From NCBI GenBank assembly GCA_043742625.1, contig JAYTYD010000029.1:1-45448 (forward strand): 45,448 nucleotides of DNA, read 5' to 3'. Each line of letters begins with the position of its first letter. Within the stretch, counting starts at the first letter, position 1. The translations under genes were made by a program, and so were the position numbers. The DNA comes from Methylovirgula sp. Lineage in GTDB: Bacteria > Pseudomonadota > Alphaproteobacteria > Rhizobiales > Beijerinckiaceae. The notes under the pieces are model-generated. The model ran no database searches and was not told the DNA's origin. It saw only the letters and a program-made list of their open reading frames with translations. Of this stretch, positions 45,028 to 45,448 are shown piece after piece.

Positions 45028-45149
45028 AACATAGGCGATAAACGTAACAGCAGAGTCTAAACGCCAGAGTTGGAGCGCAATGAAAATTGGAAAATCGCGC
45101 CCGCAAAATGGCACAATCTGAACTAGATCGCCTTTAAGAGGAGTGACTA

Positions 45150-45448
45150 ATGTCTCCAGCAAATGATGGTACTCAAGACGGTGCCGCAAGTAGCCCGTCA
45201 GACCGCGGCCCGTCGGATAATGGCCCGTTCGGGCAACGTGGATGGAACAGGGGTGAGGGGCGCGGCTTCGGCAATGACCCGCAAGATGCGCGTCACAGCG
45301 GGCGCAGCTTTGAAGGGCGCGGTTATGGCCGCCGCTGTGGCGGTGGCAATCCTTTCGAACTGGTCGCGATGATTTTAGGATTTATCGTATTTTGGCCGCT
45401 TGGCCTCGCCATTTTGTTTTGGCGGATGCTGCGCCGCAATCATGGGCC
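45150..45448 (+). CDS. DUF2852-like small membrane protein; 3' end truncated by the window edge
   Basis: Absent from the ORF track because there is no stop in the window. AAGAGGAG lies 7 nt upstream of ATG 45150. My translation is MSPANDGTQDGAASSPSDRGPSDNGPFGQRGWNRGEGRGFGNDPQDARHSGRSFEGRGYGRRCGGGNPFELVAMILGFIVFWPLGLAILFWRMLRRNHG.... The FELVAMILGFIVFWPLGLAIL segment matches my memory of DUF2852. Confidence 0.65.
   Translation, partial: MSPANDGTQDGAASSPSDRGPSDNGPFGQRGWNRGEGRGFGNDPQDARHSGRSFEGRGYGRRCGGGNPFELVAMILGFIVFWPLGLAILFWRMLRRNHG

Noticed and set aside
44950-45189. 79-aa minus-strand ORF
   Set aside because: It overlaps the ribosome-binding site and start of the much better supported DUF2852-like gene. 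It lies in AT-rich intergenic DNA and has no ribosome-binding site.

Overview
This 45.4 kb window looks like ordinary chromosome from an alphaproteobacterium. The gene content (kpsF, trxB followed by a LysR gene, mutL, a pair of M16 peptidases, aatA) and a RIME-like intergenic repeat are what I associate with Hyphomicrobiales/Rhizobiales. That assignment is inference only. I support 34 protein-coding genes. Three are absent from the supplied ORF track: kpsF and a DUF2852 gene, which run off the window edges, and a 55-aa membrane ORF.

Layout:
- 1-15.8 kb: housekeeping genes. These are kpsF, a beta-barrel outer-membrane protein, glpK, an orphan double-domain sugar ABC ATPase, trxB, a LysR regulator, mutL, two M16 peptidases, aatA and a fatty-acid desaturase.
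- 15.9-19.2 kb: a LacI regulator, ABC permease and substrate-binding protein, with no ATPase gene.
- 19.3-23.2 kb: manC-type GDP-mannose enzyme and a DMGDH-like FAD/folate oxidoreductase.
- 23.4-24.1 kb: an RHH/PIN toxin-antitoxin pair.
- 24.2-33.3 kb: a four-gene translationally coupled efflux operon (OMF, MFP, and two RND pumps of MdtB and MdtC type).
- 33.6-35.1 kb: a DUF1003-DUF4337 two-gene operon.
- 35.2-35.8 kb: an Ala/Pro-rich secreted protein.
- 36.0-39.2 kb: an alcohol dehydrogenase, enolase-superfamily enzyme and LysR operon.
- 39.3-44.8 kb: a lower-GC neighbourhood with very AT-rich spacers. It holds a PAS-GAF-GGDEF-EAL protein, a GntR/HutC regulator and a membrane protein with a degenerate GGDEF domain.

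I found no rRNA, tRNA, CRISPR array, transposase, integrase or recognisable phage-defence gene, and I cannot point to one clear novel multi-gene system.

The most checkable non-obvious signals are:
1. An identical LacI-type operator 16-mer links the orphan ATPase to the ATPase-less transporter operon 12.5 kb away.
2. An orphan terminator lies about 290 nt past the LysR stop, preceded by two C/U-rich anti-Shine-Dalgarno-like motifs. This is an sRNA candidate.
3. A two-hairpin intergenic mosaic repeat of about 105 bp is present twice.
4. mutL carries an in-frame 15-bp x3 tandem repeat.
5. A 13-bp tandem repeat sits in the divergent efflux/DUF1003 promoter region.
6. The degenerate GGDEF protein has SNTEI in place of GGDEF but keeps an exactly spaced RxxD I-site, and lies near a full GGDEF-EAL enzyme.

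All family assignments come from motif recognition by eye. No searches were run.
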